A DNA stretch of 63,253 bases, the filler included, from Octopus bimaculoides (lineage: Eukaryota), in NCBI RefSeq assembly GCF_001194135.2. It is 8 parts of 8 records of this genome, joined end to end, with 100 filler letters (N's around TTAATTAATTAA, not from the genome) between each part and the next. Parts side by side here need not be neighbours in the genome. Positions count along the whole stretch, not along the records: positions 35,900 to 55,069 come from NC_068988.1; 7 more parts are not named here. One strand, 5' to 3'. The notes under the pieces are model-generated. The model saw nothing but the letters and a program-made list of their open reading frames with translations, had not been told where the DNA came from and did not search any database. Shown here piece by piece: positions 38,421-50,894 of the stretch (its first letter is position 1; the number at the start of each line of letters is the position of its first letter). A program made the translations under genes and the position numbers.

Positions 38421-38886
38421 TTACTTATCAAAATCATCAGTCTCTTGTTTCTCAGTACGTTCTGGCTTCTCTAATTTCTCTGGCTTCTCATGGCGCTCAA
38501 ATTTGTCTGCTTTCTCATGGCGCTCAAACTTGTCAGCTTTCTCATGGCGCTCAAATTTGTCAGCTTTCTCATGGCGTTCAAACTTGTCTGCTTTCTCATG
38601 GCGTTCAAATTTCTCTGCTTTCTCATGGCGCTCAAACTTGTCTGGCTTGTCGTGACGCTCAAACTTGTCCGCCTTCTCATGGCGCTCAAACTTGTCTGGC
38701 TTGTCGTGACGCTCAAACTTGTCTGCCTTCTCATGGCGCTCAAACTTGTCCTGTCTTTCGATACGATCAAACTTGTCCTGTCTCTCATGTTTGGATTGTT
38801 TGTCATGTCTTGACTTCTTATCATCTCGACAATTGTTACTGTTGTTGTTGTTGCCATTAGCTTGGTAACATTTGTTGCGGTCATGA
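38421..38886 (-). CDS. UPF3: UPF3 last visible coding exon containing the DKFERHEKA repeat array; ends at TAA 38423-38421 or at a donor (exon end 38425)
   Basis: Acceptor tttctttttcag; phase-2 compatible with the previous exon (GG+T CAT GAC). The frame is open for 155 codons. The ORF track shows only the other frames. Confidence 0.8.
38481..38804 (-). repeat. Coding minisatellite, 27-bp unit, 10 canonical plus 2 degenerate copies
   Basis: Plus-strand units such as tgctttctcatggcgctcaaacttgtc recur every 27 nt from 38481. Confidence 0.95.
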
Positions 38887-38941
38887 CTGAAAAAGAAAAT
38901 AAATAATTTAGTTAACCATTAAACACAAAATTGAAAAACAT

Positions 38942-39002
38942 ACATTTGGAGAGTAACATTTGGAGAGTAACATTTGGAGAGTAACATTTGGAGAGTAACA
39001 TT
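38942..39002. repeat. 14-bp tandem repeat (acatttggagagta), 4 copies, in a UPF3 intron
   Basis: Direct reading. Confidence 0.9.
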
Positions 39003-39430
39003 CCAGAAATTAGTGACAGACTGTGTGATAGTGATAGCTATACATTAAATGCTGTGATGATGTTTTGACTAAGAACAGAGTTAATTAGTAAGATAAAGAA
39101 ATGATTGAATTAATTAAAGTATCTCTATCTCTTTCCAGGAACTACACTCGAAATGTGGGACAGATTGTATGATGCTTGTGTACAAAAGGTGACATTGCAT
39201 GGTAGTGAAACAGGAACTCAATATTACCATTGGTCAATCAATACCTATACTGGCAATACACAATAAGATTCAACACAGCTACAATATAAGAGATCACTAC
39301 TTTTTAACCATCCAGGCTTAGTTTAAAACATACATTGCATTAAACAATTAGCCTTGGTCAACATCTTCAGTAAAAGTTGTAAGGAAATTATAAAGATAAA
39401 TTAAAAGAATCTAAGAAAAAGGACACCAAC

Positions 39431-39768
39431 CCATATTTGTCCCTGTTTGACTTCGGCCGATCAGCTTTATCATCTCTGTTCTTGCTTTTGTCCATACACC
39501 GGTCATCTTTATTAGGCTTAAACTTACTTTCAGATTTATCATTTATTCGGTCATCTTTGGAATACTTGTTACGCTCAGCAAAACGACCCTCTCTTCCAGT
39601 CTTAAGCCTATCTTGTCCTTGCCGATCTATTTTGATTTTCTCACGGTTTTCTTTTGAAAAGCGGAGTTTTTCTCTCTCTTTTATGGGTTTATCCAATTCA
39701 TCTTTGCACCGCATTAAATCGCATTCATCCTTTTGTTTCTCCATTTCTCGTTCGGGGTTCTTTAAAAG
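39431..39768 (-). CDS. UPF3: UPF3 coding exon, LLKNPEREMEKQK...DRPKSNRDKY(G)
   Basis: Acceptor ttttatcag and donor gttggt; 338 nt, phase 0 to 2. Starts LLKNPE, comparable to vertebrate LLKKPE following PKIK. Confidence 0.88.
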
Positions 39769-40249
39769 CTGATAAAATAAAGACAAAACTGTTACCATCA
39801 TCATTATCACAAGTATCTTTCTCTTAAATAATATATACTTAGGGCATTTGCATAGAGATTTGAATTCTTGTTAATCTTGCTGATTTTAGGACATAAGACA
39901 TTTAGAGGTGGATATACGGAAGTATTTTCCTGTTGTTATTTCAAGGCCACAGGGGAATTTGGACTCAATTCAAACTAATGTATCACCCATTTATTTTATA
40001 GTGTTTCCAATCAAGCAATGACCTACAGTATCTAACTACAGCTAATGCAGCCTAGGTGTTACTATAAGTGACTGGAACTAACAAAAGCCAATCTATCATT
40101 TAAAACAACATTCACACATATACAGATACAATATTCATCACACCTCATAAATCTTCTGCCTAGACGTATTGTCCACATGTAACTTAGATACTTTACACCA
40201 AACTTTCAATGGAGCAAAACCAATTTCATCTCAACATCACCAACAACAA

Positions 40250-41970
40250 CCACTGAAGATATAATTTTACAACTGATATATACCTAGCATCATGTCCAAA
40301 CTCAGTATTTACATTTATCTGATACTGCTAATGCCCCCAGTAGGATTAAGCCCAACTACGATCCCCTGTATAAAGTTCATCCAATTATTGCTTTACTTTC
40401 TAAAAAGTATAAAACTGTTTATCTGCTAGGGAAAAGTCTCAGTGTAGATGAAGCTATGATAGGATATAATAAGGATAAGGTACATTTTCGGCAATATCTG
40501 CCTGCTAAACCCACTAAATGGGGCATCAAAGTATAGGAGGTATGTGAATCAGACACAGAGTATTGTGCTAATTTTGATATTTACACTGGGAAAAAAATAT
40601 AATGGAAACAGACCAAATGGATTGAGTTATGATGTATGATCTCTAACTTAAGCATTTCACCATCAACACCGGCACCTGTATTTTTACTCTTGAGTGGCTT
40701 TGGAGGAACATCTTGCCCTTGTAAATACCTATACGTAGTACTGTGATGAGCAAATCAAAAAGGGTATATTTCCCAGATGCAAAAAGAAAATTTTCTATCA
40801 TCTTACACAAGGACAAAAGACAAATTCTACTTTTATCTACCAATGAACAGACATGTGTTAGCACTGAGGAGAAACCTACAGTAAATAATTCATATAATAA
40901 ACAAATGGGTGGTGTGGATAAATTTGATTAGTATGGGGCAGACTACCCAGCTGGATGACCTGGAAAAAATGGTGGAGGTACATTTTGTGGTTCTTATTTA
41001 ATTCAACTTTTGTTAGTACATATACTGTGTATGTAAAAAGCCACAAGGTACCTCCGCCATGAAATGACTACTGCCATACAAAATTTCAGGTTGACATCAC
41101 ATCTCAGTTGCATGGGGGAATTTTATTCCACAAAGCAGAGAACTGGGAGAAAAGCAAAATTAACAAATGGAAATGATAAATGGAAGAAAGAAAGTTTATA
41201 GACAATGTTCATTGCCAAAAAGAAAGCACAGCTAAAAGGTGTCATGTTGAAACTTTGTTTGTGTTCATGAGCAAGACATTTAATTTCACATTGCTCCAGC
41301 TCCCCTTTGATCAAAGGGGATTGTTGGCCTGCTTGCCTAGCCATTGGATCGACATCATTTGAAGGCTAAAACAATGCAAAAGTGCACTGTGTCCAGCAAC
41401 ATGTAACATCTGATAGCCTGGTTGGTCACGTGACATTCTGTCGTGTGAACATACACATTAAGATGTATAAGAGTACATTACCAATAGTATATAGACTAAT
41501 AAAAGAGGCTTTTTGTATGTTATTTTCAATGAAAATATTTGAATGAAATATAGAGAAAGAATAAAATCTTGTACTGATTATACCTGTATTTTAATTAATC
41601 CACATTAATACACCTGATCTCAAAGAGTGACAAAACTGTTTGCAGTTGACATCTGGGATAATTTTAGCAACAAAAAAAACAGATAAGATACATAGTGTCT
41701 ATCCATAAAGTTATTGCTTCTACACCTGGTAATTAATTTTACCTGCCAGTACAAGTCAAATTTAACCAAAAAGATCAAGAAAAAAATTACATAATTGTAA
41801 ATCATTGGTATTCAAGCACCTACTACCAAAATTTTAAGTCTGTATGTAAAAAAATTAACAAAGTTACAAAGAAATATTGTAGATACCCCTCTTGAACCTG
41901 ATGAATTCAAAATAATGTAAACAAATAAGCAATTACAATTGATAGTGTAATCCGAATGCTAAAGGGTTAA
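40250..41970 (+). mobile_element. piggyBac-like transposon remnant in a UPF3 intron
   Basis: YDPLYKVHP, SVDEAMIGY, RQYLPAKPTKWGIK, YNKQMGGVDKFD and KKWWRYI with stops. Candidate right end ...gctaaaggg TTAA at 41967-41970; left end not found. Confidence 0.85.
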
Positions 41971-41999
41971 GAGAAAAATTGGGTGTAAGAGGCATTAGA

Positions 42000-42925
42000 T
42001 CTATTATGCAAGAGAAAACATTGTGCTGGTATGGTCATGTGATGCCTAAGAATGAGAACAGCTGCATAGAGAAGTTCTGATCCCTAATTGTGGAGGGAGC
42101 CTGTGAAAGGAGTAGACCCAAGAAGATGAAGTGGTGAGAAATGATCTTTGGATGTTGAACCTTAGAGGAGATGACAAGTGATTGAAACTTCTTGCAATTT
42201 GTTGGGCTTGAGAAAACAATGTCAAGTGAAATTGTGGCCATCCAAACATACAATCATGTCCTTTATGACCATGGCTCCCCTCCCACATACATATTTGTCC
42301 TGTCAAAACTCACCCATCTTCCCAACACCTGCTGCAGGCCCCACCCCTCCATTCTCCCTTATGCACCACCCTACCCACTGGAGATCCCACCACTCTCTCT
42401 CAAGTGCCTATCTGCACATCCTCTCTGCCCTCACACATTTACCTTACCCCTTCCAGCCACTCCAATTTCTCTCATGCCCCTCTATCTCCTTTATATACTC
42501 CCTTGCACTGTTCCCTGTGGGAAGACCCCAATACATTTCCTTTCTTTCTCACTCTCGCTGTCCCTGAATCGTTCTCTTTTCTTGTCCTACAGAGGAAGCA
42601 AAGTATCACCTGTACAATAAAACAACTATCTCTGTCCTCTCCATTATACTCTAACCCCTCACTTGGCACACAGCCACTTCCCTTGGTTCCACTCCCTCTC
42701 TCAACAGAGAGGTCTTTGCCTTACAAGCTACTTGGCAACCCTGTTTGTGCTATGTAAAAAGCACCCAGTACACTCTGTAATGTGGTTGACATTAGGAAGG
42801 GCATTCAGCCATAGAAACCATGCCAAAACAAACAACTGGAGCTTGGTGCAGCCTTACGGTTTGCCATCTACTGTCAAACCATTCAACCCATGCCAGCATG
42901 GAATATGAATGTTAAATAACAATGA
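42000..42925 (+). mobile_element. RTE-like LINE 3' end with its common tail (…aacccatgccagcatggaa…gttaaat)
   Basis: LCWYGHVM...VEGACERSRPKK remnant. The tail recurs at about 45725-45880 (-), 48830-48960 (-), 50895-50940 (+), 51000-51180 (-), 51920-52070 (+) and 53950-54075 (+). Confidence 0.75.
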
Positions 42926-43182
42926 TGGAGCTCATGCAACTATGGTAAAACAACATATAAAATGAATGAATATTGCTTCTCCAGCTAAACACTTCCACCC
43001 TAGTTAGCTGTACACATCTACTTTTCCTGTGCTCATCATCCTAACTTTGTATCACCTCAACAAATACTTTTCCTTTTTTCTACTACAAGTGAAACAAATT
43101 ACCAATGACAATGATGGCAGCATCCATGTAAGTATTGTTGCTATATTAACTATACATATAACTTTAAGCCTACAACACAAAC

Positions 43183-43326
43183 CTTGATAGGTTGCTCATC
43201 TTTCTTCAGTTCTTTTTCTTTCAGTTTTTCTTTATCTCTCTTCTCTTTCTCTTTCCGACGTCGTTTCTCTTCATCTCTTGCCTTTCTGCGTTCTTGTTCT
43301 CGCTTCTTCCGGTCTTCTCTCTGTCT
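43183..43326 (-). CDS. UPF3: UPF3 coding exon, charged coiled-coil region RQREDRKKREQERRKARDEEKRRRKEKEKRDKEKLKEKELKKDEQPIK
   Basis: Acceptor gattcag and donor gtttgt; 144 nt, phase 0 to 0. Ends DEQPIK, comparable to vertebrate DEPKIK. Confidence 0.9.
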
Positions 43327-44131
43327 CTGAATCAACAAAATAAGAACATTTCAAGTTGTCTACATAAATGATTCTTCAAATTTTGGTGGGTGGATATAGT
43401 TTAAAATATCTACCACAAATCTGGATTGTTACAAGGCCACAAATTTGCAGAAGAGGAATATGCCATACTAAATTAAGCCCAGTGATGACAGTTATTCTAT
43501 GAACTTAGATGCATAAAAGACAACTTTGAATCCAGAACTTGGGACAAAAACACTACACAGCATTTAGTGTAGCACTACCGTTTCTGCTATTAAAAACAAA
43601 CAATAGCAATGTATCTTTTATAGTTTAGTCTCAGATTAGTTCTAATTGAGTAAGCAATGACATTCCAATAATAATCATCCAGTCTTATTCCCAACAATGT
43701 GTTTAGGACTGTATTATCCAATGCAGTCTTCCAGATTTTTAAGATGGTGAAGTATAATCGAGAGAGCCTGGTTTGATATTTCTACAAAGGCCAGAAATCA
43801 TCATGATCCATTTTTCAAGTCATATCAAGAATGTTTCTGTCATGAACCAAGCCCACATAAAGATTTTAACATTGTAAGCCAATAAAGCACTTGCCAATTT
43901 CATAAGATAGCCTCTTCTGTCTATAGTGAACCCTGCCTTTTGTGTGTTACCAAGTATAATGTTGTGAAATATGTGCGTCCATAGTTTTCTCATATATTCA
44001 GAGGACACTGCAGTTAATTTGGGGAAAACTTCTCCTGAGACAGTGAACGGGAGCCACGGAATTTATGAAGTTACTTTCAAATTATTAAAAATCAATTTAT
44101 CATGAATTACAAATGAGAATAAGTTTCTTAC

Positions 44132-44214
44132 TTGTAAACTGGCTTTCTTTTCTTCTCGTTTACGTTTAATGAATTCAATTAATGGAGTTGTCATCTTGGG
44201 TACACCATGATTGG
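44132..44214 (-). CDS. UPF3: UPF3 coding exon, (A)NHGVPKMTTPLIEFIKRKREEKKASLQ
   Basis: Not in the ORF track. Acceptor attttcag and donor gtaaga; 83 nt, phase 1 to 0. TTPL..F.K motif as in UPF3 KKTTPLLSFLK. Confidence 0.92.
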
Positions 44215-44353
44215 CTGAAAATATCAACATTATATTACAAGTATATCAATAACAAAGTGCTCTTTTTGTTTTGTAACAAAAACTGTGATGGCTATCATAA
44301 CGATGATGACAATTGTTGTAATGATACAAAACTAAATGTACTTAGTTTCACAT

Positions 44354-45408
44354 TGTTAAATATGCTATCATGGATAAAAGGTGGTTAGCTCGGTGGCTGT
44401 GGGTACTATAGTTGTATAGACAACCAACCTTAACCCTGCATCACATTATTGTATTACCTGCATGACATAATATGGTGGCAGCGGTAAAACAAGATAAATA
44501 TATTGAATCAAAACTAATCGTATCACAAGCATTAAAAAATATCACATCATTATCATTAGACATTGCTCAACACTAACAATGTAACACAAAACAAAAGAAC
44601 AAGAAGGAAACAGATACAGTAACAAACTACAACAGACTACACATTTAGCTGCAGGTATCGCTACAAATTTATATACAAGATTATTGTTATCATTTCGGCT
44701 ACATAGTGCATGTTATGCCACATAAAATAACCAAATCATACCATGTTGTATTACACAAGAAAAACAACAATATGGTGACAGCTTGCATTCCTGAAATGCA
44801 GTGGCACACAGACTATCCAACCGAAGTCCTGCAAATATTCAAAGATGAGAAAATTACAGAATGAAGGAAACTAGCCTTAAAAATATTAAGAGGCATTAGA
44901 AATGAAGTACTCAAACTTCTGAATGTGTCTAGCTTATCAGACGCTGACTAGAAAAACCCAAATAAATTTTGGGAATTGTTTGAAACACAAGTCAAGACAA
45001 ACATCAATGTCAGAGTACATCGCCTTAAACTGATGGAATGTAGACAGCAGCATGATGAGACAATTGATGACTTTGTTACAAGAGCCCAAACAATAGCAAA
45101 AGAGCTTGGACAATGGACCATTGAATTATTGATTGCTTCAACTCCCATTGAAGCCTTCCAAAAAGAGCTGCTTGGAAAGGAGAAAGACAACAAACTTGAA
45201 GATACCCAAACAGAGGGTAGAAAATTTGAAGTTATTGTTGCCGGAAGAAGTCAGATACAACAACTTGCAAGCACAGAACCAAGCAATGTAGATGCTGTCA
45301 TTGTTAAATATACGGTCACAGATAAAAGGTGGCTGCAGGTACTACAGTTGAATAGACAACCAACCTTAACCCTGCATCGTGTTATTGTACTGCTTGTATG
45401 ACATAACA
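44354..45408 (+). mobile_element. Small non-autonomous LTR retroelement (Gypsy-like gag remnant) in a UPF3 intron
   Basis: Direct repeats 44354-44472 and 45302-45408 (TGTTAAATAT...GACATAA[T/C]A). PBS TGGTGGCAGCGGT at 44473-44485. Gag-like RLKLMECRQQHDETIDDFVTRAQ. Confidence 0.85.
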
Positions 45409-45510
45409 ACAATCAATAGTGTAATGATTAGCAGCCACAAAATCTATTTATCAACTAATTTGAGACCAATGCTACAGTGTTAGAGTAATAACTTCTAGCT
45501 ATTCTCTTAC

Positions 45511-45621
45511 CTTTTAGCTCTTTTCTTTTATTCTCCAGTTCTTCCAAATAAGATTCAATTGGTACAGTTGGTTCAGAATGAGGATTCTTTATATTTTCAA
45601 CAAACTTTTGGAATTCAGAAT
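45511..45621 (-). CDS. UPF3: UPF3 coding exon, (D)SEFQKFVENIKNPHSEPTVPIESYLEELENKRKELK(A)
   Basis: Acceptor ctttaaag and donor gtaaga; 111 nt, phase 1 to 1. Similar to vertebrate D.EY.KFLE...LEE.E.K. Confidence 0.92.
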
Positions 45622-46469
45622 CTTTAAAGAAATAATGTAAATAACAATATAAAAAAATTAAAGTGATAACAGGCTTTATTTTTGAAAGTAAATTGTTGTC
45701 ATTATTGCCGACATCATCATTTAACATTTGTTTTCCATGCTAGCATGGGTTGGACAGTTTGACCAAAGTTGGCAAGCTAGAGAGCTGCACCAGGTTCCAG
45801 TCTGATTTGGCTTGGTTTTTATGGCTGGATTCTCTTTCTAATACCAGCCACTTTACAGAGTCTACTGAGAATTCTTCATATAACAGTGGCCTAAGTACTT
45901 TTACCATGACCCAGCATGGATGCTTCTTACATGGCACCAACATGGGTGCTTTTCATATGGCACTGGCACAGGTGCTTTTTAGTCGACACCAACCCAGGTA
46001 ACTTTATGTGACACTGGCATGGGGCTCTTGCAGGCCAAAACCACTTCAGTTGGGAGGGAGGTATTAACAAGTCTGCTGTGGTGGATAGGTCTACATGAGT
46101 ACAGCAAGGTGCCAGATATCTCAGTCCTTTATCATCTCCTCTGTAAGGTTCAATGTTCTGAGATTGGACTTCAGTACATTCCATATCTTCCTGGGTCTCC
46201 CTCTTCCACAAGTTCCATCTATTTTTAGTGATTGACACTTTTTTGTGCAGCTATCTACATCCATCCACATCATAGCACCAAACCGGTGCAGTTTTCTCTC
46301 TTGTACACAGCAACCAATTCCTCTTATGCCTAACTTTTCTCTTAATGCACTAGCACTCTGTCACACATGTACATTTACATTGCACATCCAGTGGAGCATA
46401 CTAGCCTCACTCCTCTCTAGCCTTTGCAAGCCCTCTACATTCTGGACTCGAGTCTCACTACCATGAAGT

Positions 46470-47065
46470 ATTGTTGTTTGTACACATGCATCATACAATC
46501 TTCCTTTGACTCAGAGAAACCTTTGGCTGCCAACAGAAGTAAAAGCTCTCTGAATTTCTCCGTCCTATTTTTATTCTAGTGATTATACTTTCTGTACATG
46601 CTCCCCAACTATTAATTAGATCCCCTTGGTAGTAGAAATTATTCACTTCCTCTAAAGAACCTCCAGGGCATTTGAGAGTATCCGTTTCCTGAGTATCTGC
46701 AGTTTTTGTGGTTCCTGTGCACCATCTATATACGAACACCACTTCCTATTCTTTCACCACACCTCTTAGGTGTCCATAACTTGCACTGGGTACATCATAT
46801 GGAATTCCTACATATAAAGCAGAACCATTTAACTGAAGGGAATAGGATCCTGTCTTTTTTCTTGCTCACTAAAACCTTAATCTTGGCTTTGATACCAGGT
46901 TTTGCTTCCACACCTGGAATTTCTTTTCTAGCTTTGATACAGAATCTGCTATGAGAGCAAGATCATCAGCATAAAGCAGTCCCCAGAGGCAGCCAGTCTT
47001 GAATTCCTCTGTTACAGACTGGAGGACAATGGTGAAAAGGAGGGGACTGAGAACTGAGTGCTGTT
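46470..47065 (-). mobile_element. RTE-like LINE reverse-transcriptase fragment
   Basis: LFTIVLQSVTEEFKTGCLWGLLYADDLALIA and LEEVNNFYYQGDLI. Confidence 0.85.
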
Positions 47066-48509
47066 GAATGCTTACCTAAATCAAATAACTAAATCTTAGA
47101 ATAAGAAATCAAGTATTTTGCCATTTTAGCATTATGCATTTACATATTCCTTAGCTTTATACACATATATGTAACTATCTGACAACTAAAACCATTTTCA
47201 AATCTAATTCATCATTATTGTGTAACCCTACATCAGCCTTGATTGAACATTCAATCCAAGTTTTTGTTTCTAGGCATAGTGTACCTAGGACCACATTAAC
47301 AAATGAGTCCTTGCTACTTTTCTTTTAAGATAATAGGAAATGATTTTATAAAGGTTTGTCTGCTCTTTCTTGGAAATGAACAACTCTGAATGGGCTCCTG
47401 TTTCGGCTCCTTATAACATGATTTGTTCCATGCTATCGTAGACTAAATGTGACTAGAATTCATCACTTCCCTAGAATCACTCTCTCCATCAAGTCATTGT
47501 TAGATTACTCTTACGGCAGCTTTCCTCATGCTAACGCCATCCATTCACAATACAAGCTCATATCAGGAAGACATTGCTCTTGAATTGACTAATCCTCCAA
47601 ATATCCAGCTAGTTTTTTAAATTCACTGACATTAATTATTTTCTGTAAGCTAAAACAGCTTTGTCATTGGATTCAATTTAATAGTTTTCTTTCAAAACCA
47701 CTGCAGATTATATATAACCTTTAGTAACATAAAACAACTTGTGCTTTACTTATATGTTATATGGTCTGTCTGTTATATTGATAAAATAGCTATTAGTTAA
47801 CAACAAAGTTACTAGTAACCTAAAGTTAAACCAGGGACAACAGATTACCACTGGCTTCACCATTCAAATACTGGTTATGTTGCTTATTTGCAGCAAACCA
47901 TCTGCACTATCTTCAGACTTCAATTCATTGTTACTAATGCTATTAGCAGTACCTATATTGTTTAAAGGTCAATCCACACACTGCATACCAAGATAAATTA
48001 AAAGTACATGTTAAAAGATTATTCACTATTTTCTGTTCACCAAGTGAATAATATCAAGTCCAAATCTCTTCTTTATTAAATATTGATCAACAGTATTTTC
48101 CAAAAATGCTTTTATTGTTTACATAGTTGTTTTCAATTTTAATAGTTGGTTTTGAGCCTTTCCAGGATCCAGACTTTTGAACAACTCTATCATGGCTCTA
48201 CAATCTCTTTGGACACTCTTAACACATAGCTCTTCTCATAGACGTTAAACTTCTATCACTCTTAAACTGATTTGTAACATAAACTAGAAGGTTTGTCCAG
48301 AAGATTTCATGAATTCTGAAAACTTACTTTGGAGTCTCAGAGTAAATGACAAAAATAACAGAACTTCAGATGGAATTTTAGTAGACATCCACCTGAAACT
48401 TTGGCCCTGTAATCAACATTCATCATGCTATTACACAAAAACAATGTCTTAGGGAAAAAAATCAATTGCTTTATCCATTTTAGATTCAGAGAAAGGAAAG
48501 AAGAAATAC

Positions 48510-48608
48510 CTTGGTCTATAGTTCCTTTTTTGGTATCTGCTTTCCTCATTTTTTTCTTGGGAACTTTTTGGAATGGAGCAAATTCTACCACCGCTGGATA
48601 TTCATTGC
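48510..48608 (-). CDS. UPF3: UPF3 coding exon, (G)NEYPAVVEFAPFQKVPKKKMRKADTKKGTIDQ(D)
   Basis: Acceptor atttgtag and donor gtattt; 99 nt, phase 1 to 1. Carries the EYPA.VEFAPFQK motif of the UPF2-binding domain. Confidence 0.95.
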
Positions 48609-49661
48609 CTACAAATTGATGAAAAACATAGAAGGACTATACAAATAAACATTAAGTTAGATTTGAAAACAACCAAAGTACGACCTTGTAATTCAAGGCC
48701 ATAGATTATTTCATAGAAGATACAAATTAATAACAAGAATTATTTTATAGTAGAATCAAATTAGCCACATAAAGATATACACGATTTTATTACTACTTTG
48801 TTGTCTTAATTGTCAATTAATATTCATGTTCCATGCTAGCATGAATTGGATGGTTTGATAGGAAGCAAATGGTTGGAAGATTGCATCTAGCACCAATGTC
48901 TGTTTTGGCATGTTTTCTACAGTTGAATGCCTTGCCTAACAACAAGCACTCTACAGCATGTAACAGATGCATATGTCACAATAATTGTCACTGTTGAGTT
49001 GATTAAAACTAGTCTCATCTTAATTAACTTATTGCATGTTCTACCTCAACTACTTTATCCATTTCTCAGCTAACAGTATGCCTACCTCATTCTTGCTGTC
49101 ACTGTTGCTAGCCCAGAAGAATTTGTACAGCTGTCTCTTGCCTGTTAGGAGTTTGGTTGAGGATCCTTTCTCCTTTATTTCTCTTGCACACAGCACACAT
49201 CTACTTGTCTCTGTTTCAGCACTTCTACAATCTCCCCAGAACTACTTTGCATCATGCCTACATTTATGGCTGCAGCCTAAAAGTTTTGGAACCGACAGGA
49301 AGAGGAAGGGTCTTTAGTAGTTGTTGTTCATTACAGCCAGCTTGGTAACAAAAGTGTTAAAACAAATCTCATTTCAGGAGTAGGAAAATCAAACTTTGTT
49401 TGTGAACAGTAATCAAACTGAGGTGAAAAAGCAAAACCAACTTCAATTGTTACTAGATATTGTAACATACACTACTATTTCTAACTCATAATTGGCAGGC
49501 ATTTCATTAGTTTGCAATAAGCTGAAATCTGGTGAAGGTCCAAGAGAAGGAAACAAGAAATTAACTCAAAACCCAATAAGTGACATAAATATTATTAGAC
49601 TTATGAAGTAAACAAAATAATGAAGAAGATTATTTATATACCGTAACAATAATCAACATAC

Positions 49662-49768
49662 CTTTTTTGTCCACAAAAACATATCCATCAAATTTATCTT
49701 TAAATGTGCAAATATCCTCTCCACAAGGAAAATTGATGTAAGCTCGAGTAAAAGCATTCATGCCAAGA
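49662..49768 (-). CDS. UPF3: UPF3 coding exon, (S)LGMNAFTRAYINFPCGEDICTFKDKFDGYVFVDKK(G)
   Basis: Acceptor tttttttag and donor gtatgt; 107 nt, phase 2 to 1. Matches the UPF3 RAYINF...F..KFDGYVF.D.KG motif. Confidence 0.95.
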
Positions 49769-50840
49769 CTAAAAAAACAAATACAAAAAGAGATGAGAAA
49801 ATAAAGATACAAAAATAGTTGTTAGGTATAGATGAAATTATTTTATTCAGTTACAGTATAAGCTTTTATGGTTATTCATTAAATCATAATTAACATGAAT
49901 TTTCCTTTTCATCCATTACCACTAACCTATTTGAACACTCATGCTCTTGTGCTAACAATGGAACTTCTGTGTAAATGTTCAATCCACCATAAATAGTGGG
50001 GAAATTACTCTTAAATCACATCCTATTGTCTTATGAAGAAAACATTGGACAATGTTGTCAGGAGATAACAAAAATTATGAACTTGTGAATTCATTTCTCC
50101 ACATTTAAATTTTTAAGAAAAGTTAGTAAATGATTTTGTCAACTCCAACTGATTCACTGATTACAACCACTTTTCTCTCAACAGTTTGCTTTGTCTGGAT
50201 TATCACATTCCAGGTTTATCCTTATGTGATAACTATTAATTTCAACTTCACATACATTCTCTTTATCATACTTTTCTCTTTTTCGAACAATTATAGCCAC
50301 AATTCCCAGTTGCTTTTAAAATTTGATTGAACCAAAGCCATCTTCCAGCTATTTATTTTCCTATACTTACACCATGTACACACAACATCACTCTAATTAA
50401 ATTGATTTCAATCACAATATGTTAATGGTTAAGTTTTTAGTCTACAGCACTCAAATTTTCTCTAAGTACTCTAATTTGTAGCTTATGTACTTTGAATGAT
50501 GATATACAGTCAACTTTTCTACAACAATGCAATATCTTTTCTAAGCACAAAGATACGGCTACTTTAGAGTTGAATGATATCATGATAACAATTAATCCTT
50601 TAATTCTTCAAACAGGAGCTATCGCTGACCCTGATGAAGCAGGTCGTCAACGACATTTTAGCCATTATCATCCCATCTTATTTTTCAGTCTTAGTGTACA
50701 TAACACAACATTATTTAACAAATCCATTTTTTTTAAGTCGTGATTTGATGGAAATTTGGCTGCTATTCAGTGGTTATAATCAGTGAATCAGATTTGAAAC
50801 ACACACGTGTATATACATAAACACATATATATACATATAC

Positions 50841-50894
50841 AAAGTTGATGTAAGCTCGGGTAAAAGCATTCATGCCAAGACTAAGAAAAACAAA
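50841..50894 (-). pseudogene. UPF3: Partial duplicate of the UPF3 exon 49662-49768 (first 40 nt plus acceptor)
   Basis: tttcttag|TCTTGGCATGAATGCTTTTACCCGAGCTTACATCAACTTT, 38/40 identical to the true exon. Confidence 0.9.

Noticed and set aside
38481-38804. CRISPR-like array; also the listed ORFs 38471-38884 (-), 38413-38655 (+) and 38490-38813 (+)
   Set aside because: The units are contiguous without spacers. The splice-compatible frame is a different one (DKFERHEKA); the listed ORFs are shadow frames.
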